64,000 nt of DNA from Minisyncoccota bacterium (GTDB lineage: Bacteria > Patescibacteriota > Minisyncoccia > Phycocordibacterales > Phycocordibacteraceae): assembly GCA_036261925.1 (NCBI GenBank), contig DATAJW010000013.1, positions 22,544-86,543 of the forward strand, in the 5' to 3' direction. The translations under genes were made by a program, and so were the position numbers. The notes beneath the pieces are model-generated. The model was given only the letters and a program-made list of their open reading frames with translations, made no database searches and was not told where the DNA came from. Shown here in pieces: positions 1 to 10,587 of the stretch (position 1 is the stretch's first letter; each line of letters opens with the position of its first letter).

Positions 1-126
1 GCTTCCGCATGATTGCAGCGAGCATCCGCTCACGAAGCTCTGGCCGCCAGCGGCGCTCCGCTGGCCGAAAGCGAAATAACCACAACGCGTCATTGACCTC
101 GCCCCGACAGGGTGTAAGGTGCATAA

Positions 127-301
127 GGACCTGGTTCTTTGGGGGAACGCGTCACGCATCCAAGTCGGGGGCACCGATTTCAGTCCGTGCGGTTTTGCGA
201 CCGCTGCGATTTACAGGGCCCGCGGGCCACTTCTTACGCCGACGGACGGACGATAGCAACCAAACGCTTCGCTTGCGCCTTTCCAACCCTTAACCAGGTC
301 C
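127..301 (+). ncRNA. Candidate 6S (SsrS)-like RNA
   Basis: Perfect 10-bp closing stem GGACCTGGTT (127-136)/AACCAGGTCC (292-301). About 175 nt rod-like fold with an inner GTCCGT/ACGGAC stem and an unpaired central region. Upstream TTGACC...TAAGGT promoter and downstream terminator. Identity is inferred from size and shape. Confidence 0.55.
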
Positions 302-324
302 ACCCCCCTTCCGTTCATCATATC

Positions 325-348
325 GACGCTCCTCCGGGAGCGTTTTTC
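325..348 (+). terminator. Intrinsic terminator after the candidate 6S RNA
   Basis: ACGCTCC-TCCG-GGAGCGT followed by a T run. Confidence 0.6.
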
Positions 349-378
349 CTTACCTCCCGGCAGTAGTACCATGTACGT

Positions 379-1071
379 ATGGCCAAGGAACGACCCGTCG
401 CCGTATTCGATATCGATGGGACGCTCTTCCGCTCCTCGCTCCTCATCGAGCTCGTGGAGGAGCTTATCCAGCGGGAGATATTCCCCGAGAAGGCGCGGCG
501 TTCGTACGAGGACGCGCGCACCGAATGGCTCAACCGGAAGGGGGAGTACGAGCCGTTCATCAAGAAGGTGATAGCGGCATTCGGCACCTACGCGAAGGGC
601 GTCGAGTACGGTGTCGTCGCCGATGTCGCCGGTGAGATCATCGAGGCGAAGCATAGCCGCGTGTACCGCTATACCCGCGACCTGCTCGACGACCTGAAGG
701 CCAAAGGCTACTTCCTCCTCGCGATATCCCATTCCCCGAAGTTCATCGTGGACGGGTTCGCGTACGAGCTCGGGTTCCACAAGTCCTACGGCACGTTCTA
801 CGAGACGGGCGCGACGAACCGCTTCACCGGCAGCATCGAGGACGAGCACCTCATCATGAACAAGGCAGCGGTACTCAAGCGCGCAGTCGAGAAGGAGAAC
901 CTGACGTTCAAGAACTCCTATGGGGTCGGCGATACCGAGAGCGATGTCTCCATGCTCACGATGGTCGAGAATCCCATCGCGTTCAATCCGAACCGTATCC
1001 TGTACCGCCACGCGAAGAAGAGCGGCTGGCCGATAGTCGTCGAGCGGAAGGACGTCATCTACGAGCTGTAG
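379..1071 (+). CDS. HAD-IB family hydrolase (phosphoserine phosphatase-like)
   Basis: Motif I FDIDGT, motif IV GDTESD, NP motif. Confidence 0.85.
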   Translation: MAKERPVAVFDIDGTLFRSSLLIELVEELIQREIFPEKARRSYEDARTEWLNRKGEYEPFIKKVIAAFGTYAKGVEYGVVADVAGEIIEAKHSRVYRYTRDLLDDLKAKGYFLLAISHSPKFIVDGFAYELGFHKSYGTFYETGATNRFTGSIEDEHLIMNKAAVLKRAVEKENLTFKNSYGVGDTESDVSMLTMVENPIAFNPNRILYRHAKKSGWPIVVERKDVIYEL

Positions 1072-1093
1072 CGGTTTTTGATATACTGCGTAC

Positions 1094-1336
1094 ATGCATA
1101 AGAAACTGACCAGAAGCACTGAGCACCGCGTCATCGCGGGCGTCATGGGCGGCATCGCGGAGTTCGTCGATACGGACCCGAACGCTATCCGCCTCATCTA
1201 CGCGCTCCTCACGATATTCAGCGGGTTCATTCCGGGTATCATCGGCTACATCGTCGCGATGCTCATCCTCCCGGTGAAGGTGACCATTACGCCGTCTGAA
1301 CCAGTGCGCGGCGAGGATGACTCCGCAGCAGTTTAG
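1094..1336 (+). CDS. PspC domain membrane protein
   Basis: KKLTRS...VIAGVMGGIAE...DP..IRL...YIVAMLILP pattern. Confidence 0.85.
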   Translation: MHKKLTRSTEHRVIAGVMGGIAEFVDTDPNAIRLIYALLTIFSGFIPGIIGYIVAMLILPVKVTITPSEPVRGEDDSAAV

Positions 1337-2126
1337 GATCCTCGTCTGGCGCCACTTCCGCAAGGAAGGGCGGCACGACTTGCCATGGCGTACGACGACG
1401 GACGCGTACCGCATCCTCGTCTCGGAGGTGATGCTGCAGCAGACGCAGGTGGAGCGGGTCGTCCCGTTCTACCTGGCGTTCTTGAAGAAATTCCCGACCG
1501 TACGGAAGCTCGCCGATGCATCGCTCTCCTCGGTACTCCAAAGCTGGCAGGGGCTCGGGTATAACCGACGCGCGAAGATGCTGCACGAGGCCGCGAAGAC
1601 GGTCGTTCGCGACTACCACGGGAAGATGCCGACGGACAGCGCGATACTCGAATCGCTTCCCGGCGTGGGTCCCTATACCGCGCGGGCAGTCGCCGCGTTC
1701 TCCGCGAACACGGACAGCATTTTCATAGAGACGAATATCCGCACAGCGGTAACGCATCATTTCTTCGGCGATAGGGAGCAGGTGGCGGACGCAGAAGTCA
1801 TCGCTGTCCTCGAGCAGGCCTATCCGAAAGGACGGGCGCGGGAGTGGTATGCGGCGCTCATGGATTATGGCTCCTTCCTTAAGCGTTCCGGCGTTCGGGT
1901 GAATGCACGCGCGAAAGGGTACGCGAAACAGAAGTCGTTCGCGGGGTCAGCGCGCGAAGCGCGCGGACGGATATTGAAAGCGCTCATCGATAGCCCGAAG
2001 ACTACTCACATCCTGACGAGCCAGCTTGGCCCCGAACGGAAGGAGCAGATGAAGGCCCAGCTCGCTGCGCTCGCCGCGGAAGGCCTTATCGAAAGGAAAG
2101 GCGAGAAGTACCAGCTCCCCGGCTAG
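1317..2126 (+). CDS. mutY: A/G-specific adenine glycosylase (short, no Fe-S cysteines)
   Basis: LPWR, VSEVMLQQTQV, WQGLGYNRRA, HhH LPGVGPYTA. Confidence 0.88.
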   Translation: MTPQQFRILVWRHFRKEGRHDLPWRTTTDAYRILVSEVMLQQTQVERVVPFYLAFLKKFPTVRKLADASLSSVLQSWQGLGYNRRAKMLHEAAKTVVRDYHGKMPTDSAILESLPGVGPYTARAVAAFSANTDSIFIETNIRTAVTHHFFGDREQVADAEVIAVLEQAYPKGRAREWYAALMDYGSFLKRSGVRVNARAKGYAKQKSFAGSAREARGRILKALIDSPKTTHILTSQLGPERKEQMKAQLAALAAEGLIERKGEKYQLPG

Positions 2127-3277
2127 CGGATGTCCTGCATGCCGAGCGCAGCCCATGTCCCGAGCAACGCGATGGCTATGCCGGTGGATATGAAGAGCGT
2201 GCCATAGCCGGTGGTCGCGAGCAGGATGCTGCCGACCAAGGGCGCGACGAGCGCGCCTGCCGGGCGCATCATGCGTATCACGCTCACGGTGCTCGCGTCG
2301 CGCTCGTCGACCCTGCGGAAGAAGTGCCCCTCGACCATGGCTTCAGTGATGGCCGCCCCGACGCGGGTGAGGAGGAGGATGCCGAAGACGGCCGCGAGCG
2401 GGGTCGCGAGCGTGATGAGCGGCACGAGCGCGAACGCGCCGCCCATGATGAGGAATCCGGCGACGAGCATCTCCTTATCGCCGATGAACCGGTCCGCTAT
2501 CCAGCCGGCAGGGTACTCGAGGAAGACGAAGGGCAGGAGCGCGAACGCGAGAAGCCAGCCGAGATCGCTCCAGGGCATCCCGAGGACCGTATGGAGATAG
2601 AGCGGTATGTAGAGCGGCGCGAGATTGTAGAAGACCTGGAGCATGGCGTGCGCGAAGGTGACCGAACGCAGGTCCTTGTCGTTCATGATGCAGATGCAGG
2701 TCGCGGAAAGCCGCGATATGCGCGGCGGCGCGCCTTCCTGCGGCCGCTCGAACAGGAAGAGCATGATGAACGGGGTGAGCGACAGGCTCGCGGCGAGGAA
2801 GACGCCCCGGTAGTCGCTGCCGTCGCCGAGGATGGCGCCGATGAGGAGCGGCGCGAGGATGACCGCGACGCTGCTCGCGGTCAGGAACGCGGTGCGGATG
2901 CGGCCGGTCGAGCCCTCCTCCCTCACCGTCGCCTCGAGCAGGAGGTCGAGCTGGTAGGCGATGAACGGCGCGGTCGCGCAGACGAGCGCGAGGAGCCCTG
3001 CGGCGAATACGGGAATGGGATTCGCGGCGAGCAGGAGGAGCATGACCGCCTGCAGGAACGCGAGCGCGAGCGCGATGTTCCTCGATCCGAACCTCCTGAC
3101 GAGGCTCGGCATCCAGGGGAAGACCGCGAGGGTCACGACCGCGCCGAGCGAGATGACGAGCCCGGCCGCATCGTCGGACATGAACGTCGCGAGGTACGGT
3201 CCGATGATGTAGATGATGAGGAAGAAATGCCCGCCCGAGAGGAAATTCCCGAACGAGAGCAGGGCGCGCGGCGACAT
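2123..3277 (-). CDS. MFS transporter
   Basis: About 12 hydrophobic helices; GWIADRFIG motif A-like loop. Confidence 0.8.
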   Translation of the reverse strand: MSPRALLSFGNFLSGGHFFLIIYIIGPYLATFMSDDAAGLVISLGAVVTLAVFPWMPSLVRRFGSRNIALALAFLQAVMLLLLAANPIPVFAAGLLALVCATAPFIAYQLDLLLEATVREEGSTGRIRTAFLTASSVAVILAPLLIGAILGDGSDYRGVFLAASLSLTPFIMLFLFERPQEGAPPRISRLSATCICIMNDKDLRSVTFAHAMLQVFYNLAPLYIPLYLHTVLGMPWSDLGWLLAFALLPFVFLEYPAGWIADRFIGDKEMLVAGFLIMGGAFALVPLITLATPLAAVFGILLLTRVGAAITEAMVEGHFFRRVDERDASTVSVIRMMRPAGALVAPLVGSILLATTGYGTLFISTGIAIALLGTWAALGMQDIR

Positions 3278-3320
3278 TGCGTTTCATTTTAGCATCACGG
3301 CAGCCATCCGCGCTGCGTTC

Positions 3321-3368
3321 GCAGGAAGATTCCAACCCTCTGAATCCTTACGGGTTAGATTCGCTTGC
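3321..3368 (+). repeat. Hairpin family A copy 1 (AATCTCAACCCT-N-ACGGGTTAGATT type)
   Basis: GATTCCAACCCTCTGAATCCTTACGGGTTAGATT; matches copies at 41807, 47624 and 53446. Confidence 0.75.
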
Positions 3369-3379
3369 GTTGCTTCGTC

Positions 3380-3414
3380 ACGTAAAGCCCCGCACGAAGT
3401 GCGGGGCTTTACGT
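3380..3414. terminator. Strong hairpin, probable terminator downstream of rnj
   Basis: ACGTAAAGCCCCGCAC-GAA-GTGCGGGGCTTTACGT. Confidence 0.6.
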
Positions 3415-3464
3415 ACGTTTCAGTTGGCCGACTGACGGTCGTTCGACCGATGAGAATCCTCGTG

Positions 3465-3568
3465 CAAACGCTTCTTATGCGAGGCAGGGGAAGACGGGCG
3501 CACGACGCGTATCGAGCATGCGAAGAGAGTGCTCGGCGGGGACCCGAGCGACGCAGAAGGAGCGTTTG
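3465..3568 (-). repeat. Structured repeat family B copy 1
   Basis: Minus strand CAAACGCT..TCTGCGTCGCTCGGGTCCC...CGCATGCTCGATACG...CCTGCCTCGCAT..AGCGTTTG; 10 nt after the rnj stop. Confidence 0.65.
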
Positions 3569-3578
3569 AACGGATCCG

Positions 3579-5558
3579 CTACACCCCGATCAACACCGGG
3601 ATGACCATCGGCGCCTTGTTCGAGCGCGTGAACAGGTAGCCTGCCATCGTATCGGAGAGCGCGTTCTTCACGTGGTCGAGATCGACGGGGTTCATGCCCT
3701 GCGTGGAGTCCTCGACGGTCTTCTTGATGAGGAGGCGCGCCTGGTTGAGCATGTCCTGGTTCTCGCGCAGGTAGACGAAGCCGCGGCTGATGATGTCCGG
3801 CGACTTGCGGAGCTTCCCGGTCTTCAGGTTGACCGTCGCGATGATGACGAACATGCCGTCCTTCGCGAGCATCTGGCGGTCGCGGATGACGACCTCCTGC
3901 AGGTCGCTGATGGAGAAGCCGTCCACCGCGAGCGGGGAGCTCGGCACCTTCTGCTTGTGGATGTTCATGCGCTCGCCGTCCTCGATGTCGATGACCATGC
4001 CGTTGTCGGCGACGACGATGGATTCCTTCGGGCGTCCGGCCTGCTCCACGGCCTTCGCGTGCGAGGCGGTCATGGAGTAGTAGCCGTAGGCGGGCATGAA
4101 GAACTTGGCGTTGACTTGCTTGTTGATCCAGATGAGCTCGCCGGTGTTGCCGTGGCCGGTCGAGTGCACGTCGGAGGAACGGTAATGGATGAGGGTGACG
4201 CCGTTGCGGTACAGGTTGTCCTTCAGGGTCTGCACCGAGATCTCGTTGCCGGGGATGACGGAGGACGAGAGCACGATGGTATCGCGCGGGGTGAGCGTGA
4301 TGCTCTTGTGCTGCTTGGTCGCGATGCGCATGAGCGCGGCGAACTCCTCGCCCTGCGCGCCGGTCGAGAGGATGACGATCTTATCGGGCGGATAGTCGCC
4401 GATCTCCTGCGCGCTGATGATGGTCTCCTTCTTCACCTTGAGGAGGCCGGTCTTCTGCGCGATCTCGAGATTGGTCTTGATGGAGCGGCCTTCGGTGACG
4501 ATTTTCTTGCCGAGCGATTCCGCTATCTCGATGATGCGGACCATGCGCTCGAACTGCGAGGCGAAGGTACCGATGATGAGGCGGCCCTGCACGGTCTTGA
4601 TGATGCCCTCGAGGGTCTCGTGCACCTTGCGCTCGGGAACCGAGAATCCGTCGCGCTCCGCGTTCGTGGAGTCGGCGATGAACATGAGGTTCTTCTGCTT
4701 GGCGAGCACGCCCCAGGTATCGACTTCCTTCTGGGTCGGGATGCCGTTCTCGTGGTCGAGCTTGAGGTCGCCCGTGACGACGACGTTGCCGTACGGGGTC
4801 TCGATGGCGATGCCCATGGAATCCGGTATGGAGTGGGTCACGGCGAAGAACTGGACCTTCGTCGCGCCTATGGTCATGGTCTGGCCGGCCTCGACGACGA
4901 CGAGGTTCGGCTTGGGCATATCCGGATATTCCTCCTGGCGCTTCGCGATCATGACCGCGGTCAGGTTCTGGGTATAGATAGGCGGGTTGCCCATGCGCTC
5001 CATGAGGAACGGGATACCGCCGATGTGGTCGAGATGGCCGTGGGTGATGAACACGCCGCGGATGCGCTCCTTATGCTTCTCGAGGTAGGTGGTGTTCGGG
5101 AGCAGGTAATCGACGCCGGGATTGGAGCCCTCGGAGACGAACTGGAAGCCGACGTCGAAGACGAATATATCGTTGTTGGTCTCGACGCAGAACATGTTGC
5201 GGCCGACCTCCTCGACGCCGCCGAGCGGGATGACGCGGACGACCGACTTCGCGGGAGCCTCGGGAAGGTAGACGGGCACGTTCTTCGGTGCCGCTCCCTG
5301 GGATGGCCCGGAAGGACGGCGCAGCGTGCGGCGTATCTGGCGGGAGACGCGGCCGGGACGGCCGCCGCCCTGGGGAGCGCGCTCGCCGCGAGGCGCGCCC
5401 GGCGCGCGGCCCTGGCCGCCCCGTCCCTGGCCGCCGCGCGTGCGTGTGCGGGGACCGCGTTCAGGACGCGGGCCGCGTGGCGCGGGCGTGGCGGAGCTGC
5501 TAGGTGATCGCGGCGCGGGAGCAGGGGCCGGAGCCGGCGCGGAGGATGCATTCGACAT
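3579..5558 (-). CDS. rnj: Ribonuclease J with long low-complexity N-terminal extension
   Basis: PLGGVEEVGRNM, THGHLDHIGG, HSIPDS, DSTNA, HSTGH, ISRGFVY. Confidence 0.95.
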   Translation of the reverse strand: MSNASSAPAPAPAPAPRSPSSSATPAPRGPRPERGPRTRTRGGQGRGGQGRAPGAPRGERAPQGGGRPGRVSRQIRRTLRRPSGPSQGAAPKNVPVYLPEAPAKSVVRVIPLGGVEEVGRNMFCVETNNDIFVFDVGFQFVSEGSNPGVDYLLPNTTYLEKHKERIRGVFITHGHLDHIGGIPFLMERMGNPPIYTQNLTAVMIAKRQEEYPDMPKPNLVVVEAGQTMTIGATKVQFFAVTHSIPDSMGIAIETPYGNVVVTGDLKLDHENGIPTQKEVDTWGVLAKQKNLMFIADSTNAERDGFSVPERKVHETLEGIIKTVQGRLIIGTFASQFERMVRIIEIAESLGKKIVTEGRSIKTNLEIAQKTGLLKVKKETIISAQEIGDYPPDKIVILSTGAQGEEFAALMRIATKQHKSITLTPRDTIVLSSSVIPGNEISVQTLKDNLYRNGVTLIHYRSSDVHSTGHGNTGELIWINKQVNAKFFMPAYGYYSMTASHAKAVEQAGRPKESIVVADNGMVIDIEDGERMNIHKQKVPSSPLAVDGFSISDLQEVVIRDRQMLAKDGMFVIIATVNLKTGKLRKSPDIISRGFVYLRENQDMLNQARLLIKKTVEDSTQGMNPVDLDHVKNALSDTMAGYLFTRSNKAPMVIPVLIGV

Positions 5559-5703
5559 AACTACGTGGGGTCTGATTAGTGGTGTGATGTATAGAGCGAG
5601 GATGCCCGGGTGTCGGCGGGTGCGCCGCGGGTCTCCTCTGCTTGCGAACAGCGGGCAGTAGGCGATGCGTAAGGCATCAAACGGGCCTACTACGTGCTAT
5701 TCG

Positions 5704-7413
5704 CTAGCGCGCGAGGAACGGCCAGATGTATTCGCTATGGCGGTGCCAGCCGTATACGGTGGCGAACCGGTCCGACGGCGAAGCTATCTGGGGAAGCACG
5801 ATGCCGTCCAAGTCGTTGGGTACAGCATACAGGAAGTCGGGGGCATGCGTAAAGGCTGCCGGGAAATCGCCCGCGATGAGGTTGCTCGCCGCCTGGATAT
5901 CGATGAGCGCCTGGGCGGGGTCGTTCTCGGTGCGCGCACGCGCGAGGAGCTCGTCCACGGTCGGATTCGCGTACCCGGCGATGTTGAGGCCGGGATCCGC
6001 GACCTGCCCCGAGTCCCAGAACGCGAAGAGGTCGCGGTCGCGGCCGATGACCTCGCCGAAGAGCAGCGCCTGGTACGCGCGCGGGCGTATGACGTCGCGC
6101 GTCAGGCTGCCGGAGTCGTAGAGCTCGACCGTGACGGGGATGCCGAGCGCCTCCCAGTCCTCCTTCACGAGGCTCGCGATGGTCTTCAGCTCGGGCACGC
6201 TCGAGGTCTTGAGCGTGATGCCGGGAAGCACGCGGCCAGCCTTTTCCCAGCCGACGCCTTCCGCGAACTTCCAGCCGGCGTCCGCGAGCGCCGCGCGCGC
6301 TTGCGTCATGCGCCCGCTCGGGTCGGGCGGAGTAGGGGACTCGATGCCGATGCCGGGCGGCACCGGCCCGAGGCTCGGCGTGCCGTAGCCACCGAGCACC
6401 TCGTTCACGATGCGCGTGCGGTCTATCGCGAGCGAGAGCGCCTCGCGTACGCCGTCGTCCCCGAAGTCCGTGTACTCGGCCGGGTTATAGAAGACGCCGA
6501 ACATGCGGGCGTAGGGCGCGCGGAGCGCGCCCGCGCGCTTGAAGCCGTACGCGCTCTCGACCGCGCCCCGGCGCAATGCCGCGGCGAGGTCGTCCGCGTT
6601 CGAGTAGAATCGGAGCGTGATGCGATCGAGGAACGGCCGGCCGGCCGTGAACCCCTCGAACGCCTCGAGACGGTATTCCTTTATGACGCCGTCGCGATCG
6701 CGGACGACGCGGGTGACCGCGAACGGGCCGGCGCCCACCGGACGCTCCATAAGCGGCGAGAAGGGGAACTGGTCGTTGCTCACGTCGCGCCAATGCCGTG
6801 CAGGCAGGATGCCGAGCGTCGTATCCTCGAGGAATGGCGCGTACGGCTGCGGCAGGATGAAGCGTACGGTACGCGCATCCACGACCTCCGCGCGGATGTT
6901 CGCCCAGTTCGCGTACTCGGGCGACTTCAAGTCCGGGTCCTGCGCCTTCTCGACGGTGAACACGACGTCCTCGCTCGTCACCGACGAGCCGTCGGAGAAC
7001 GTGGCGTCCGCACGGATGACGAAGGTGTAGGTACGGCCGTCCTCGGAGACGGCATAGCTCTCGGCGAGCCGGGGCTCGAGCAGGCCGTCCGCCCCGATGC
7101 CCATGAGCCCCGCGTACGTCAGCGCGGTGAGGTCCCGGTCGGCATCGGTGAGCGCGAGCAACGGATTCACGAAGCGCGGGTTCCCGACGACGCCTTCGGT
7201 GAGGCTGCCGCCTTCGGCGGGCACGCGGACGAGGAAGGATTTCTGGAGCGCGCGCAGCCCCACGAGGCAGGTAGCGACGAGCGCAATGCCGAGCACGGCG
7301 GCGATGAGCTTGTCGCCGGGCGCGAGCGTGCCTATGAACGCGAAGGCGCCGCGCATGCCGCGGCGTTCAGAGGTGCTCTCGAGTGAGGTAGGGAAGCGGT
7401 CGAATCGCTTCAT
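5704..7413 (-). CDS. ABC transporter substrate-binding protein, family 5 (OppA/DppA-like)
   Basis: N-terminal TM, NPL, LAESY.VSEDG.TYTF, FSDG, VGAGPF, VREALSLAIDR. Confidence 0.85.
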   Translation of the reverse strand: MKRFDRFPTSLESTSERRGMRGAFAFIGTLAPGDKLIAAVLGIALVATCLVGLRALQKSFLVRVPAEGGSLTEGVVGNPRFVNPLLALTDADRDLTALTYAGLMGIGADGLLEPRLAESYAVSEDGRTYTFVIRADATFSDGSSVTSEDVVFTVEKAQDPDLKSPEYANWANIRAEVVDARTVRFILPQPYAPFLEDTTLGILPARHWRDVSNDQFPFSPLMERPVGAGPFAVTRVVRDRDGVIKEYRLEAFEGFTAGRPFLDRITLRFYSNADDLAAALRRGAVESAYGFKRAGALRAPYARMFGVFYNPAEYTDFGDDGVREALSLAIDRTRIVNEVLGGYGTPSLGPVPPGIGIESPTPPDPSGRMTQARAALADAGWKFAEGVGWEKAGRVLPGITLKTSSVPELKTIASLVKEDWEALGIPVTVELYDSGSLTRDVIRPRAYQALLFGEVIGRDRDLFAFWDSGQVADPGLNIAGYANPTVDELLARARTENDPAQALIDIQAASNLIAGDFPAAFTHAPDFLYAVPNDLDGIVLPQIASPSDRFATVYGWHRHSEYIWPFLAR

Positions 7414-7437
7414 AGGGAAGGGTTGCTAGAGCGTGCC

Positions 7438-7668
7438 CTAGATAAGGAATCCGGCGATGGCGGTAAGGACGAAGAGAACCGCGATGACGATGGTCGCATT
7501 GAAGAGGAAGAGCTCCGCGCCGCGGCGCTTGTAGAAGGTGGAGGCGAAGTTGTCGCCGCCGAACGCGCCACCGAGCGAAGCGCCGCGATTCTGCAGCACG
7601 ATGCCGAGCACGAGCAGCACGGACAGCACTATCTGGATGTAGGGCAGGTATGCCGCGAGGTAGGCCAT
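7438..7668 (-). CDS. secG: Preprotein translocase subunit SecG
   Basis: VLQ.RGASLGGAFGG...RRGAE..L...T; start re-assigned to Met at 7668. Confidence 0.9.
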   Translation of the reverse strand: MAYLAAYLPYIQIVLSVLLVLGIVLQNRGASLGGAFGGDNFASTFYKRRGAELFLFNATIVIAVLFVLTAIAGFLI

Positions 7669-7791
7669 AGGGTAGGGGAACCATAGCATATATAGGCCAT
7701 ATGAAAAGCCCCCGAGATGGATTTCTCGTCGGTAATTATCATGAATCAATACTTCCATGGCGAAGTCAAGTTGCAGGCATGCGGCGTTCGT

Positions 7792-7820
7792 TTGACGCCG
7801 TAGAGCCATCTTCATATACT
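7792..7820 (+). promoter_or_regulatory. Sigma70 promoter of groESL
   Basis: TTGACG-17 nt-TATACT. Confidence 0.75.
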
Positions 7821-7923
7821 GTGGATAACTTTAGAGCGTCTTGAGGAAGCTCTAGGCGCTCTAAAAGTGAAAACGGGCAATTTCTTTACTAAGCGCTAAT
7901 CGCAGCTGCGAACTTTCTTTCGT

Positions 7924-8232
7924 ATGGCAAAGACCGAAAAACTCTCTATCGCTCCGCTCGCTGACCGCGTCGTCATCGAGCCTTCCCCTAAGGAAACCGT
8001 GTCCGCATCCGGCATCATAATCCCGGACTCGGCCAGCCGAGAAAAGCCGGAGCAGGGAACCGTAGTCGCAGTCGGCCCCGGCCGCTATGACGACGGCGCC
8101 TTGGTCCCGATGACGCTCAAGTCCGGCGACACCGTCCTCTTCTCCAAGTACGGCTACGACGAGGTGAAGGTCGACGGCACCGACTACCTCATCCTCCCCG
8201 AGTCGAGCGTATTAGCAGTCATTAGCCACTAG
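7924..8232 (+). CDS. groES: Co-chaperonin GroES
   Basis: PLADRVVI, SGIIIPD, VVAVGPG, FSKYG. Confidence 0.97.
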   Translation: MAKTEKLSIAPLADRVVIEPSPKETVSASGIIIPDSASREKPEQGTVVAVGPGRYDDGALVPMTLKSGDTVLFSKYGYDEVKVDGTDYLILPESSVLAVISH

Positions 8233-8295
8233 GCACTGGGCAGTTAGTAGGATTCGAACTTCCCTATTCTTCCCTAACGCCTGATTCCCTAACAA
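8223..8295. repeat. TAGCCACTAG-family element (empty copy) between groES and groEL
   Basis: TAGCCACTAG supplies the groES stop; GGCAGTTAGTAGGA and TTCCCTAAC blocks are shared with other copies. Confidence 0.6.
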
Positions 8296-8300
8296 ACTAA

Positions 8301-9947
<1,647 letters not shown>

Positions 9948-9949
9948 GA

Positions 9950-10003
9950 AGTAAGCAGTAGGTAGTAGGCAGGTTGAAGGGAATTGACTTCCCTGCCTGG
10001 CTA
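9950..10003. repeat. Heptamer tandem repeat (AGTARGY) and hairpin after groEL
   Basis: AGTAAGC-AGTAGGT-AGTAGGC-AGG; related block at 40251-40355. Confidence 0.55.
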
Positions 10004-10041
10004 TAAAAGATTCGAGGCGCGGTCCAGGGACCGCGCCTCTT

Positions 10042-10209
10042 TCAATCCTCGTGCCCTCGGAATGAATCGATGAGCGTCGCGATGACCGGAACGATGTACA
10101 GGCCGGCGATCGCGGCAAGGCACGCGTAGGCCGCTACATGCGACTCCGTGAGGATGGCGACCGCGAGCACGATGAGCAGCGTCACGGGAAGTTCGAGCTC
10201 GTTTCGCAT
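10042..10209 (-). CDS. Small orphan membrane protein (55 aa, MRNELELPVTLLIVLAVAIL...)
   Basis: Not in the ORF track (<60 aa); AAGGAG SD upstream; two hydrophobic segments. Confidence 0.6.
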   Translation of the reverse strand: MRNELELPVTLLIVLAVAILTESHVAAYACLAAIAGLYIVPVIATLIDSFRGHED

Positions 10210-10313
10210 AAGATGCTCCTTTCTCCTTCCGGCACGCTACTACGCGGCTGGCGAAAGGGCAACGCGATGCCGTCACGATGAGTTCGCCGCAGGCTGTGCC
10301 TGCGGCGGGGATC

Positions 10314-10463
10314 TCAATCGAGGCGGTCGATCTCGTCCGCGCGGATGCTCCGGCGGCAGATGATCACGAAGATGGCGATGAAGACAAGTGCCGCCACCCA
10401 GCTCAAGGGTCCGAACAGGTGGTCGAGAAAGTACGACCAGTACTCCTGCAGCGCATAGATCAT
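10314..10463 (-). CDS. Small orphan membrane protein (49 aa, MIYALQEYW...)
   Basis: AAGGAG SD upstream; single TM segment. Confidence 0.55.
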   Translation of the reverse strand: MIYALQEYWSYFLDHLFGPLSWVAALVFIAIFVIICRRSIRADEIDRLD

Positions 10464-10587
10464 TGCCCGTTCTCCTTCCTTAGGTAGAGGAGTCCCAGCC
10501 CGGGATTCCGTCTGAATCCTAGTGCCGCGCGAAGGTTCTAGCAATACATCCTGATTTCGCTATACTCATATATATAACTACCTGCCT

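Noticed and set aside
7829-7868. CIRCE element upstream of groES
   Set aside because: The arms and spacer do not match TTAGCACTC-N9-GAGTGCTAA.
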